From a virus, in the IMG/VR virus record IMGVR_UViG_3300045988_159051: 64,000 nt of DNA; one strand, 5' to 3'. The translations under genes were made by a program, and so were the position numbers. The notes under the pieces were generated by a model, which saw only the letters and a program-made list of their open reading frames with translations, ran no database searches and was not told the origin of the DNA. Below, in pieces: positions 52,526-62,809 of this stretch; within the stretch, counting starts at the first letter, position 1, and every line of letters begins with the position of its first letter.

Positions 52526-53765
52526 TTTTACATCTCCTTTTTATTTGATTTAATTTATACTTTAATTATAGTTTGATTTGTATTATATGTCAAGTGTTTT
52601 TTATAACTTTTATTAATTTATTTTTGCATACTCAAAATATAGGTTTGTTTGTTGCTGCTACTTTGGTTCGTTTGTTTTGCTTTTATATTTCTTACATTTA
52701 TATTATATAGATATAATTGTCATTAGCTTTTATTGATCTAGTAATACAATATATGTCGCTTGGTTTATTCGCTGCAATAGTTATATTATCATTAGATTAT
52801 TTTTATATTAGCTTATGTTATTGATATTTATTTTAGTTAGTTTACATTATTGTTATATACATTGTATAACAGATATAACTTTATAAATCAATTTTAAGGT
52901 ACTTATAAAATATTTATTGAAGTTTATATCAATTATAATTTATATTTCTTTACAACTTGAATTATTTTATATTTATATATTATTGATAAGATTTTATAAA
53001 TTATAATGCAATAATTATTATGTATAATAGTTATTTTGACAATAAAGATATTAAAAGATGTGTTAAGAAAATAATATTTTGTATATGTATAGTTATTTAG
53101 TTATTGTTGATAATAGATTGATAGTAATAGAATGATATTAAAATTATAGTTAGGTATTGATAGTTACTTTAAAAATCTTATATTGTTTTTCTTATCTGCG
53201 AGAAATAAAGCAATATAAAGCTATTATTAATCCAACTTAAAGCCTTTTATCTGATAGAAATAAATGATCTAATATTATATATTACTTCCTGAGCTGCTGG
53301 AATATATAGAAGTTAGATTTTACTGTATATAATATATAATTATATACGGTATTTCCTTAGTTTTGAGTTATGCGGGGGTATATTCATAAATTGAACGGGC
53401 TTTATATAGATGATTTTCCTAGAGTTACTCAAAATACACAACTTGAAAAAATTCCCAACTATTCAATCGTAAAATTAATCGTAAAACAATACTAAATCCT
53501 TGTTAAAAACGTATCAAAAATGTACTAAAAATCATAAAAAGTCATAAAAAATACGCTTAAATATTGAAATTTCAACGTTTAATCGAATTTAAGCCACCGA
53601 ACACTATAATTAAAGGGGTATAAATTGAAACTTTAACAAGAAAACTTCTGTAAAATTAGAAAATATACGATAATACCAACATCGAAAAGAAAATTAAAAC
53701 TTTTGAATAATAAAAAAATACATGGCTACAATATAAACATAAAAATTAATTAGGAGTGATTAAAA

Positions 53766-53936
53766 ATGTTTTGGAATACTTCAGATAACAAAGAGAATGA
53801 TTATTATAATAAAAGAGATCATCAAGATAACTTTTATGGTTTTGGAGCTTATAATAATAATTATCAGTATTGCCCTCACTGTGAAAAGAATGTTAAATTT
53901 GAATATGACAGATGTGTTATATGTAAAAATAATTAA
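53766..53936 (+). CDS. small zinc-ribbon protein
   Basis: A 56-aa ORF with an AGGAGTG RBS and motifs CPHCEKN...CVICKNN. It is followed by a hairpin terminator. Confidence 0.4.
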   Translation: MFWNTSDNKENDYYNKRDHQDNFYGFGAYNNNYQYCPHCEKNVKFEYDRCVICKNN

Positions 53937-53937
53937 G

Positions 53938-53962
53938 ACCTTATAGGTCTTTTTTTATGCCT
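53938..53962 (+). terminator. Rho-independent terminator AAGACCTTATAGGTCTTTTTTTAT
   Basis: A perfect stem followed by a T-run. Confidence 0.55.
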
Positions 53963-54195
53963 ATAAAATTAATCTAAATTAGGAATTTAATTTCAAAATC
54001 AATAATTTTGTTCACTACTCCGTAGGATACTACGGCTTCGCTCAACCACTTTATGAAAACCTTAATTGTCCAAATTTCAATGGTTGGACAGGGATGAACA
54101 AGCTATTCAATAAACACCTTGATAAACAATGTTTAAATAATGTTTGAACATATCATGAATACTCTTACGAACATTTTTATGAACAAAAAAAATAG

Positions 54196-54220
54196 AGTAG
54201 ATTAAATCTACTCTTCAAGT
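54196..54220 (-). terminator. Hairpin terminator AGAGTAGATTAAATCTACTCT plus T-run (minus strand)
   Basis: The same hairpin family recurs at 57150-57172 and 58424-58442. Confidence 0.5.
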
Positions 54221-54840
54221 TAAATACTCATAGTTTTAAAGAAACTTTCAATAGAATCAATATCATCTTTTACACAATGACCTTCTATCTCCCTATAAAC
54301 AGGAGATATTATTAATAGTTCATATGGACTAACATTTCTATTCTTTCTTAGCTGTGGAATATAGTAATATTTATATTTATTATATTTACTAATAATATTA
54401 TCAAATTTTCTATCTAAACATATTTCACAGAAGAACTTTTGTATTCTTCCCTTTGGATCTTTGGTTGTTATCATTATATCTGGAATTACACATCTCTCTT
54501 TATCTAATTCAGTATATTTCAATGCTTTTTCAACATCAAATGTAATGATCTCATACCCAGACCTCAATAAAGCTAGATACACATTGGTAATACTTAAGCT
54601 ATGCTCTAATTCTTTTGGGGGATATTTCAGAAAATTACTGTAGTAAATATAAGAATTTCCAATCACCTCAAACATTTGTCTTTGTAGATATCCATTTTCA
54701 CTAAGCATTTTCAATCTTCTACTAGCTACCGTATTAGCCTTGCAGAAGCAAGGAAGCATATTTATTTGCTGTACTGTAGCACATTTAATGTGATTATCTA
54801 ATATATTCACAACATATCTATCTCTTTTTGTTATACTCAT
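54220..54840 (-). CDS. Replic_Relax-family (replication-relaxation) winged-helix protein
   Basis: The N-terminus TKRDRYVVNILDNHIKCATVQQINMLPCF...ASRRLKMLSENGYLQR fits the family pattern T.RD..iL..L...r..t..Qi..l.F....a.rRL..L...G.l.R. Confidence 0.45.
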   Translation of the reverse strand: MSITKRDRYVVNILDNHIKCATVQQINMLPCFCKANTVASRRLKMLSENGYLQRQMFEVIGNSYIYYSNFLKYPPKELEHSLSITNVYLALLRSGYEIITFDVEKALKYTELDKERCVIPDIMITTKDPKGRIQKFFCEICLDRKFDNIISKYNKYKYYYIPQLRKNRNVSPYELLIISPVYREIEGHCVKDDIDSIESFFKTMSI

Positions 54841-55411
54841 GGCAATTCCTCCAAATAATTTTATATAAATATTATATGCTCGATGGCTTAAAATGTTTAA
54901 TGTGTATATGTAAAATGTTCAAATGGGTGTTTATAATAGTATTAATAGATAATCTTTTATGAAACTTACATTGAATTAATACATATAATATAGTAGTTCA
55001 ATGTAAATAATTTAAATTAAGATATATAATTTTTTATAATGTAATAATGTATAAGTATTTATATTCGCATGGGTGGGCTATTTTGGTAATTTGTCGCTAC
55101 CTTGTTGGATAGAATGATTAATTATTAAATTAGAACTCACTTTCATTTGTGGGTATAAAGAAAAAGTATGTTTATTAGATTATAAGCCATTATAAAACTT
55201 AACCTAAATTAATTTATAAGAGAACAATGTTACTAGTGATAAGCTGGAACATTAGCCTAATCGGCAACACTTGACCAGGGCAAGTGATATAGCTACGGTT
55301 GACCACTTTACGTAGTAAGATATGTTACCCTGATTTAAAAATGAATATTGTTTACTTTGTTAAAATAATATGTATAATGGACAAGCTTTATACAAAAAAA
55401 GAAGAGTATTT

Positions 55412-55555
55412 CTACCCTTCAATTAAATCAAATTTTTCTAAATATATCATTTCTAAATCTAAAATTTCAATTATAGAGTCTTTATCTATTCTTTTATTTA
55501 GTTGGTTATATATAAACTCAACTACATCATCCATATCTACTATAACATTGTTCAT
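55412..55555 (-). CDS. small hypothetical protein
   Basis: A 47-aa ORF with a GGAGGA RBS. It is not in the ORF track. Confidence 0.3.
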   Translation of the reverse strand: MNNVIVDMDDVVEFIYNQLNKRIDKDSIIEILDLEMIYLEKFDLIEG

Positions 55556-55566
55556 ATTGCATCCTC

Positions 55567-56811
55567 CTATAAATTATGTTTTTTATACTTAGATTGAATC
55601 ATTTTTTTAATAATAGAGGAATCTTCTGGCATGCGCATAGCTCTAAACTGAACATATTGGTCGTCTATAGGTAAACCATATACTCTTCCTACACCTTTAA
55701 CCTTTAGGGTTTCAAGTCCTGTATACTCACATATATTTTTAGAGTGTTGGTCATTTGTACATTTAAAACCTATTCTTAGTGGTAATAATCTTTTTATTGT
55801 TGGATCAATGGAATTTTGGTTTGCATCTTGAGTACTTATAATGATGTGAATATCAACTTTTCTTCCGTTTGCGGCTATTGTAGCTACTTTATCAGTAATT
55901 CTTTCTCCCTTTTTAGTTTCAGTATCTTTGAATGAAGCATATTCATCAATAAGAATAACCTTAAAAGACATCTTTCCTATTCTCTTTCTGTATTCTACGG
56001 CATTTTTAGTTTCAGTATTGACTAACTTTTGTTGTCTTTCTTTTAATTCGGCTAAACAATCATCTAATATTTCATGTACTTCTTCTATATCTGAATAACA
56101 CTTGTTGTTTTTTATATGCGGGGCATATAATAACGTTGTGTAATCTGCGCCTCCTTGACTATCCATTATACATACTTCTAAGTCTTTAGGAGAATAATTC
56201 ATAATCCAAGATAATAATACACTTAATATAAAGTTGCTTTTTCCACCTCCTGTAGTAGCCCCTATAAAAGCGTGTGGTATATCTCCAGAACTCATATCAG
56301 CAGCTAAAAATTGCTCTAAATAGTCTTTATTTATATAGTGACCTATAGGTATCATTAATTTATTTTTATCCAACTTAGGTATATAGTAATCTATAACTTT
56401 ATCATTAGAGAATAAATTATCTTTAGTAATTATAATATCCATCATGTTATTTTTCTTTTGTATTTTTATATTCATTTCCTCTATTTCAAAGAAGTCCGAC
56501 ACTTCTTCTAATTTACTCCTAACCTTAGATACGGACACTCCAGCAGGCAATTTAAAAGTAAAGATATCTACTGTGCTCATGTTTTTATATTCAATTAATT
56601 CAGGCATATTCTTAGATTTATTGTCTAAACCGCAATTAAAAAATAAATCATTAAAATCATAGTATTTTTTATCAGATTTCATAATATTATCTTTGATTTC
56701 AATATCAGATTTCATATTTTCTTTTTTAGGCTTTATAGTATAATAAACTTCTTTCCCACAATATCCTAAAGTTCCCAATGTAACACCAACTAAGAATGAG
56801 CTAATAAACAT
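55567..56811 (-). CDS. FtsK/SpoIIIE-family DNA translocase (TraB/TcpA-like, membrane-anchored)
   Basis: It has an N-terminal TM segment, a Walker A IGATTGGGKSNF and a Walker B VILIDEYAS. Confidence 0.7.
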   Translation of the reverse strand: MFISSFLVGVTLGTLGYCGKEVYYTIKPKKENMKSDIEIKDNIMKSDKKYYDFNDLFFNCGLDNKSKNMPELIEYKNMSTVDIFTFKLPAGVSVSKVRSKLEEVSDFFEIEEMNIKIQKKNNMMDIIITKDNLFSNDKVIDYYIPKLDKNKLMIPIGHYINKDYLEQFLAADMSSGDIPHAFIGATTGGGKSNFILSVLLSWIMNYSPKDLEVCIMDSQGGADYTTLLYAPHIKNNKCYSDIEEVHEILDDCLAELKERQQKLVNTETKNAVEYRKRIGKMSFKVILIDEYASFKDTETKKGERITDKVATIAANGRKVDIHIIISTQDANQNSIDPTIKRLLPLRIGFKCTNDQHSKNICEYTGLETLKVKGVGRVYGLPIDDQYVQFRAMRMPEDSSIIKKMIQSKYKKHNL

Positions 56812-57060
56812 TTATTTCACCTCTTTATTATTAGATTTTACTGCGTCTTTAATTAAGTCTCCAGATATATACGCAACAACTCCTCCTAATACAACAATTC
56901 CTCCATGAGTTAAAATATTTGCTGTAACAGGTAAAATTGTTATAGGAATTCCTAATGCTGCGGCACAAGCTCCAAGACCAATCAAACCTGTAAGCATTTT
57001 AGAATCTAATAATATTGCATTAACCTTATCAACTTTATCTTTGTATTTTGAAATATTCAT
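56812..57060 (-). CDS. small two-TM membrane protein
   Basis: It has Gly/Ala-rich TM helices GLIGLGACAAALGIPITIL and GGIVVLGGVVAYISG. Its stop abuts the translocase start. Confidence 0.35.
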   Translation of the reverse strand: MNISKYKDKVDKVNAILLDSKMLTGLIGLGACAAALGIPITILPVTANILTHGGIVVLGGVVAYISGDLIKDAVKSNNKEVK

Positions 57061-57181
57061 AAATAACCTCCTAATTTTATTTATAATATACTATATGTAA
57101 CAAATCTAAAAAGTTTCCTAAATTTAATAAAAATAAAAAAAATAAAAAGACTAGATTATTCTAGTCTTCCTATTGATAATA

Positions 57182-57424
57182 TTATAAATTTTCTATTTTA
57201 TATTTATTTTCTTTGTATCCTATTGCATCTATTTGATTTGCATTACACCAAAATATTAAATGTCCATTTTCAGACATATATTCTAACCCCGTAATATATC
57301 CTTGCTCATTCTCGTATATTTTATGGATAAATGTAAATAATTTTGGTTCACTTCTTCCGTAATTTCCCCTTATTATAGCAGTTAAATCATGAGTTTTTAA
57401 TTTGTTATAATCTACTTTAAACAT
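57182..57424 (-). CDS. hypothetical protein
   Basis: An 80-aa ORF followed by a hairpin terminator at 57150-57172. Confidence 0.3.
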   Translation of the reverse strand: MFKVDYNKLKTHDLTAIIRGNYGRSEPKLFTFIHKIYENEQGYITGLEYMSENGHLIFWCNANQIDAIGYKENKYKIENL

Positions 57425-57832
57425 GGCTTCTCCTTGGTTTGTTGATTATTAGCATATGCTTATATAGTATCTTAGATAAGATAAAAGTATTAGTCTACTT
57501 GATGATATTTAAATATAAGCATATAATTCCTAAACTAATATCTTCATTTTAGTTTCTACGTAAATTAGATAATATAAATTCTAATCCATATAATTCAACC
57601 TCGGATAATTTAGGATAGAATATAAGATTATCTAAATATTTTTATCTATAACTTGTAATTTATCTATTATTAGCATTATATTTTTGTCCTTAGTATAGTT
57701 TTGATTTTCTTGGACATAATATTATTAAACTAAAAAATTATTAAATAACTAATAATATACATTTAATTATTCTCAAGAGGAATAATACTATATTCTATAA
57801 GACGGTAGACTAGATTACTCCTCTAGAAATAA

Positions 57833-58333
57833 CTATTGAGCAGATTTATTAGCTTCATTAATTTGTTTTTTAGTCTCAAAATACCTAGCCGTAGCAGGCT
57901 CAAAACATTCAGAGACTGATTCCATTATTGCAGTACAAACTTTAAATTTATTAGCAAATTGTCTCAGTCTTTGAGATTCACTTTGTTCTTTGCTCCAAAA
58001 TATTAGAGATTTCTTATAAGTTTCTCCTTTATACCACTTAACCATTCTGAAATGTGTAAAATCTCTTAAAGATAAACATCCTTTTTTAGTTTTATAAGCA
58101 AAGTTCCAAGTTTCATCTTTGACCCATTTCCCATGTTCATCTTTTCTTCTAGCATTGGAATCTCTAAGCATTATTACTATATACATCTTAGACACGTTTA
58201 AAGGATCTTTTTCATCAAATACAACTGTAGACTTAACCTCATATTTTTTCTTATCTAGCTCTATATAAGCCTTAACTGAATCAAAAAGTCCTCTTGCTAC
58301 TGCGTTACTGTTCATAATAATATCTCCTTTCAT
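57833..58333 (-). CDS. hypothetical protein
   Basis: A 166-aa basic ORF. Confidence 0.3.
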   Translation of the reverse strand: MKGDIIMNSNAVARGLFDSVKAYIELDKKKYEVKSTVVFDEKDPLNVSKMYIVIMLRDSNARRKDEHGKWVKDETWNFAYKTKKGCLSLRDFTHFRMVKWYKGETYKKSLIFWSKEQSESQRLRQFANKFKVCTAIMESVSECFEPATARYFETKKQINEANKSAQ

Positions 58334-58984
58334 CTTTTGTATTTGTTTTATACTTTACTATATGAAAAATAGATAAAAAGTTTCCTAAATTTAATAAAAA
58401 TAATTATTTACATAAAATAAAAAAGAGTAGATTATCTACTCTTCTGGATGATTATTCATATATTCCCTTATCATCATACATATAAATCTACTTAGATTAC
58501 CGTACTTTTTCTCCATTCTTAATAAAAATTGATATTCATCTAAGAAGTCCTCTTTGAAAGATATAGTTTTAGTAGGAATTTTATCTTTTTTCATTTATAA
58601 ATACCCCCATTAAAAATGTATACTTTAATTATATGTTATTTTGATAAAAAATTCATAAATTTAAGAAAATTTTCAAACCTATTGAAAATACTCGCTTTAA
58701 GGTATGTGCTAATTGTAGGAATAATTCTATTTACCTATGATGATTAATTTATCATAAAGGTAACGTAAAAATTAATACAGACTAAACAATACTTCCAAAT
58801 ATAGTAATTTCAAATATTATAGAGGATAAAAAGTAAAGTGTTTCAAATTCAGTAATATCAATGGTTGTAGCGATTTTTAAAAATTAAAAGAAATTATAAA
58901 GCAAGAAATGGGATATTGAAAATTTAGTTAAAATATTTTATAAATTAGTAGACATATTATAAAAATTAATATATACTAATAAAT

Positions 58985-59230
58985 ATGCACAAGATGTGCA
59001 TAATAAAGATAGAGAGGGTGATAATTATGAATTTAGAATATTTAAGAGAATGTAGAAAAAAGAAATTTAAAAGCCAAAGACTAGCTTCAGAATCAATAAA
59101 TATATCTTTTGAAATGTATAGATCTATTGAACTAGGAAGGAGAATAGGAACTGTAGATACTATAGTTAAAATATGCAAGACATTAGATATGGATGCAAAT
59201 ATATTATTAGATTTAAAGCAAAGGGGATAA
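58985..59230 (+). CDS. XRE-family HTH regulator
   Basis: LRECRKKKFKSQRLASESINISFEMYRSIELGRR fits HTH_XRE. The perfect palindrome ATGCACAAGATGTGCAT lies just upstream. Confidence 0.55.
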   Translation: MHKMCIIKIERVIIMNLEYLRECRKKKFKSQRLASESINISFEMYRSIELGRRIGTVDTIVKICKTLDMDANILLDLKQRG

Positions 59231-59233
59231 GTT

Positions 59234-60508
59234 ATGAGTAAAATTACTGTTATTGACGCACCTATGGGAAAAGGGAAAACATCATGGGCTATAAACTATA
59301 TTAATGAAATTGGTAAAAAACCATTTAGAAACAGAGTTATATATATAACACCATATCTAGATGAAGTTAAAAGGGTTAAAGAAAATGTATATACTATAGA
59401 TTTAATAGAACCTGAATTGAAATATAAAGATGGGAAAAGTACAAAATTATCTCATTTAAAAGATTTATTAAAAAATGGAGCAGATATAATATCTACACAT
59501 GCAATGTTTAAAAATGTAGATGATGATATAATAGATTTACTTAAAAACATAGGCTATATATTAATACTAGATGAAGTATTTCAAGTTATAGAAAATATAA
59601 AAATAAAAAAGAATGATTTGAAACTTTTATTAAGTAGTGAATGGATAATTCCAGTAGAAGGGGATACCAAAGGATTACATAAATGGAATTATGATGTAGC
59701 ACCTATAAATGATACGGATTTTGCATATATAAAAAATTATGCAGATACGAAAAACTTATACATATTTAATAATACAGCTCTATATTGGACATTCCCATCT
59801 AATGTATTTGAACTATTCAAAGAGGTATATATATTAACATATCTATTTGAAGCTCAAATACAGGCATACTATTACAAACTTCATAATATGAAATATGAAA
59901 TCAAAACAATAGATGATAGTAATGGAGATTATAAAATTATAGATTGTAGTGATAAATACGATTATGAATTTAGAAATAAAGTTAAAAACTTAATAAATAT
60001 ATACGAAGGAGACATAAATATCAATTATATTCCTAAAAGAATACATAAAGAAAAAGAAAAGACATATTTATCAGCCACATGGTTTAAAAAGAAGGATAAA
60101 ACCAGTATGAAACAAAAAACAATACTAAAAAATAATATGGATAATTATTTTAGAAATATATGCAAAGCTAAAGCAGATGATAGATTATGGACTACATATA
60201 AAGATTCATATGATGATCTAAAAGGAAGAAGATATGGCAAACAATTTTTATCTTATACAACAAGGGCGACAAATCAATATAAACATGTAAAGAATATGGC
60301 TTTTATGTTAAATATATTTATGAATCCTAATGAAGTAAATTATTTTATAAATCAAAACGTAGAAGTAAATCAAGAATTATTAGCGATCTCAGATATGCTA
60401 CAATGGATATTCAGAAGTGCTATAAGAGATGGCAAAGAGATAAATGTATACATTCCTTCTCCAAGAATGAGAGAGTTATTAAATAAGTGGTTTGATTATA
60501 ATTTATAG
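59234..60508 (+). CDS. P-loop NTPase of unknown function
   Basis: It has an N-terminal Walker A APMGKGKTS and a Walker B ILILDEV. The ORF is 424 aa and starts 4 nt after the XRE stop. Confidence 0.45.
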   Translation: MSKITVIDAPMGKGKTSWAINYINEIGKKPFRNRVIYITPYLDEVKRVKENVYTIDLIEPELKYKDGKSTKLSHLKDLLKNGADIISTHAMFKNVDDDIIDLLKNIGYILILDEVFQVIENIKIKKNDLKLLLSSEWIIPVEGDTKGLHKWNYDVAPINDTDFAYIKNYADTKNLYIFNNTALYWTFPSNVFELFKEVYILTYLFEAQIQAYYYKLHNMKYEIKTIDDSNGDYKIIDCSDKYDYEFRNKVKNLINIYEGDININYIPKRIHKEKEKTYLSATWFKKKDKTSMKQKTILKNNMDNYFRNICKAKADDRLWTTYKDSYDDLKGRRYGKQFLSYTTRATNQYKHVKNMAFMLNIFMNPNEVNYFINQNVEVNQELLAISDMLQWIFRSAIRDGKEINVYIPSPRMRELLNKWFDYNL

Positions 60509-60818
60509 ACTCTACCTCTTTAACGCTTTATAGCTACAAGCTAGTAATTGCAATGGTTTCAAAGTTATTTTAGACACATTAGATGTCTTAGAATAAAAAT
60601 AATATTAGTTAAATAAATTTCAATTATGTTAGACTACGCTTAAACATAATTGTCAAACGCATATAAAAACCATATGCGTATTGAATTTCATAAATCCTAT
60701 TTCAATTATTCGCATCGCTTGACATATTATAAAAATTATTATATAATATATAGTATAGAATAACTACTGAAAGGGTGGTGCTCATTATGAATGAATAAAT
60801 TGAATAGGAGAAGGAGAA

Positions 60819-60986
60819 ATGAATAAACAGTATGAAGGGTATAAGGTAATAACATTAGAGTATGAAGGTAAAAAATATGAAAATTATAAAGATACTTGGG
60901 ATATAATCGGAATAAGAGATGAATATGTATGTCCAGAGTGTCAATACTTAGGAAGAACTTGCGACTTATGTGGAGGTGATTTTTAA
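60819..60986 (+). CDS. small zinc-ribbon protein
   Basis: A 55-aa ORF with motifs CPECQY...CDLCGG and an AGGAGAAGGAG RBS. Its stop overlaps the next start (TAATG). Confidence 0.35.
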   Translation: MNKQYEGYKVITLEYEGKKYENYKDTWDIIGIRDEYVCPECQYLGRTCDLCGGDF

Positions 60987-62161
60987 TGGCTTACACTAAT
61001 AACAAATTCAGAGGAATTATTGATGGGAAAACTATATGGGATTACTATAATAAATTAGATTATAAAATTGAAAAATTAAACAAGAGAATTGATAATGTTT
61101 CTAATGTGTTAAATTTAAATGAGTACGGACTTAGTGATGATTTATTTTGGCAAGAAGTATGGGATATGGGGATATGTAAAACAGGATTGAATACAACTGA
61201 TGATTTATGGTCAGATACAAATGTAGCAAAGTGTTTAGAAAGTATGGGGACATATTTATTAGCGAAATATCCTAAAGAACCAAACGATACAATTAAGGTG
61301 TATGATGATTATAATCTATTTAAGAGAATCTTAAAAGAAAAGGAAATAATTAATAGATACGGGGAAAAGACAGATGATGAAATGATTATATTCAGAACTA
61401 AAAAGAATTATAAATTAGCTCCAAAAGAATCTGTATCAAGTAAAGATAAAGAAAAATACGTCGAGTTACAAGCATATGATAAATTTAAGAAGTATTTATT
61501 ATCATTAACTTATAGCGGTAAAGATATAGAATTAAAAAAAGAAAGTGATAGAAAAAGAAAAGAATTATTAGAAAGATTAAATAATAGAAGCAATAATGGA
61601 TATGAATTAACAAATGCTACTTTATATAGAATGATAAAAAAACAAATACCTTTAGTTGAAGATGATATGTTAATGGTTAAAAATTCCAAAGAAAGACCTA
61701 TAAAATGGAAATCTCCATTAAGAGATAGCGGAAATGAGATAGATTGGTCTTATTTAGACATGTTTGATCCAACACATGTAAAGGCTTTATTACAAGTTAA
61801 AAAAGATATAGATGCTTATGATGAGATATTACTTGACGTAAATGATTTAATAGAAAAAACAGATTTATCAGATAGACAGCATGAAATACTTGAGCTATGG
61901 AGAAGAGATAAAACTCAACAATATATAGCAGATACTTTAAATTGTTCAAGACAAGCTATAATTAATCAATTAGATAAAATAGTTAAAAAAATCATTGATA
62001 CATATGAAAGAGAATATTCAGAAAAACATTATTATTTAAATGTAGTAAAAGGTAAGTATAAAAAATGTAATAAATGCGGTGAAACTAAGTTGATTCAGCA
62101 TTTCGATAAGAACGGTAAAAAGGGTTATAAACCTATGTGTAAATCGTGTAGAAAGAGATAG
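60986..62161 (+). CDS. Sigma-70 region-4-like HTH protein with C-terminal zinc ribbon
   Basis: LSDRQHEILELWRRDKTQQYIADTLNCSRQAIINQLDKIVKKI is a sigma r4/LuxR-type HTH. The C-terminus is CNKCGETK...CKSCRKR. Confidence 0.4.
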   Translation: MAYTNNKFRGIIDGKTIWDYYNKLDYKIEKLNKRIDNVSNVLNLNEYGLSDDLFWQEVWDMGICKTGLNTTDDLWSDTNVAKCLESMGTYLLAKYPKEPNDTIKVYDDYNLFKRILKEKEIINRYGEKTDDEMIIFRTKKNYKLAPKESVSSKDKEKYVELQAYDKFKKYLLSLTYSGKDIELKKESDRKRKELLERLNNRSNNGYELTNATLYRMIKKQIPLVEDDMLMVKNSKERPIKWKSPLRDSGNEIDWSYLDMFDPTHVKALLQVKKDIDAYDEILLDVNDLIEKTDLSDRQHEILELWRRDKTQQYIADTLNCSRQAIINQLDKIVKKIIDTYEREYSEKHYYLNVVKGKYKKCNKCGETKLIQHFDKNGKKGYKPMCKSCRKR

Positions 62162-62310
62162 TTTCCTAAAGTGATTACAATTCATAGTTAATAAATACAT
62201 ATATAGGTGAAGGGGTTGTTAAACATAACCAAATCGGTTAGATTGTATAATTAATAAATTGTTTAAAATCCCCTTATTAACATATTATACAAATTTAGGG
62301 AGAGATTGTA

Positions 62311-62610
62311 ATGAATCAAAAGGAATTTATAAAATTAATAGTAGATATGGCAGCAAAAAGAGAAATAAAAATATCTCAAGCTGTTGTTAAAGAATTATTA
62401 GAAGCAATAGAAGAGTCTTTAGACTTAGCAATATTAGATGGAAAAGTTGTTAAAGCTTTTGGATGTAAATTCATGCAGGTAGAGAAGGCTGAAACATCAG
62501 GAATTACTAAACTTGGTGGACAAGAAACTCGTTGGGTGAAGCCTGCTCATAAAAGTGCTAAGGTGTCGTATTTACCATCTAAAAGAAAGTCATTAGAAAG
62601 AGAAATATAA
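62311..62610 (+). CDS. HU/IHF-family DNA-binding protein (TF1-like)
   Basis: MNQKEFIKLI..., GKVVKAFGCKFMQVEKAETSGITKLGGQETRWVKPAHKSAKVSYLPSKRKSL has the beta-arm pattern of HU. Confidence 0.55.
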   Translation: MNQKEFIKLIVDMAAKREIKISQAVVKELLEAIEESLDLAILDGKVVKAFGCKFMQVEKAETSGITKLGGQETRWVKPAHKSAKVSYLPSKRKSLEREI

Positions 62611-62735
62611 TTATTTAACATATTATAAAAATAAATTTCTCTGTCAAATCGAAATCTTAAGTTTATACTTAAGCTATTTATGTAGAAGAGATGGGGGATT
62701 TGGTGACTAGATTATCCTAGTTGCCTTTTAAATAT

Positions 62736-62809
62736 AGGAGTATAGTTTAATGGTAGAACAATGATCTCCAAAATCATTAGTGGGAGTTCGATTCTCTCTA
62801 CTCTTGCCA
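62736..62809 (+). tRNA. tRNA-Trp (anticodon CCA)
   Basis: The acceptor pairs AGGAGTA/TACTCTT. The anticodon arm is ATGAT-CTCCAAA-ATCAT. The T-arm is GGGAG-TTCGATT-CTCTC. The 3' CCA is encoded, and the length is 74 nt. Confidence 0.8.

Noticed and set aside
59234-60508. Calling the P-loop protein a terminase large subunit
   Set aside because: The size and an N-terminal Walker A are compatible. No nuclease-domain acidic motifs or adjacent small-subunit or portal genes are visible, so it is left as a P-loop NTPase of unknown function.
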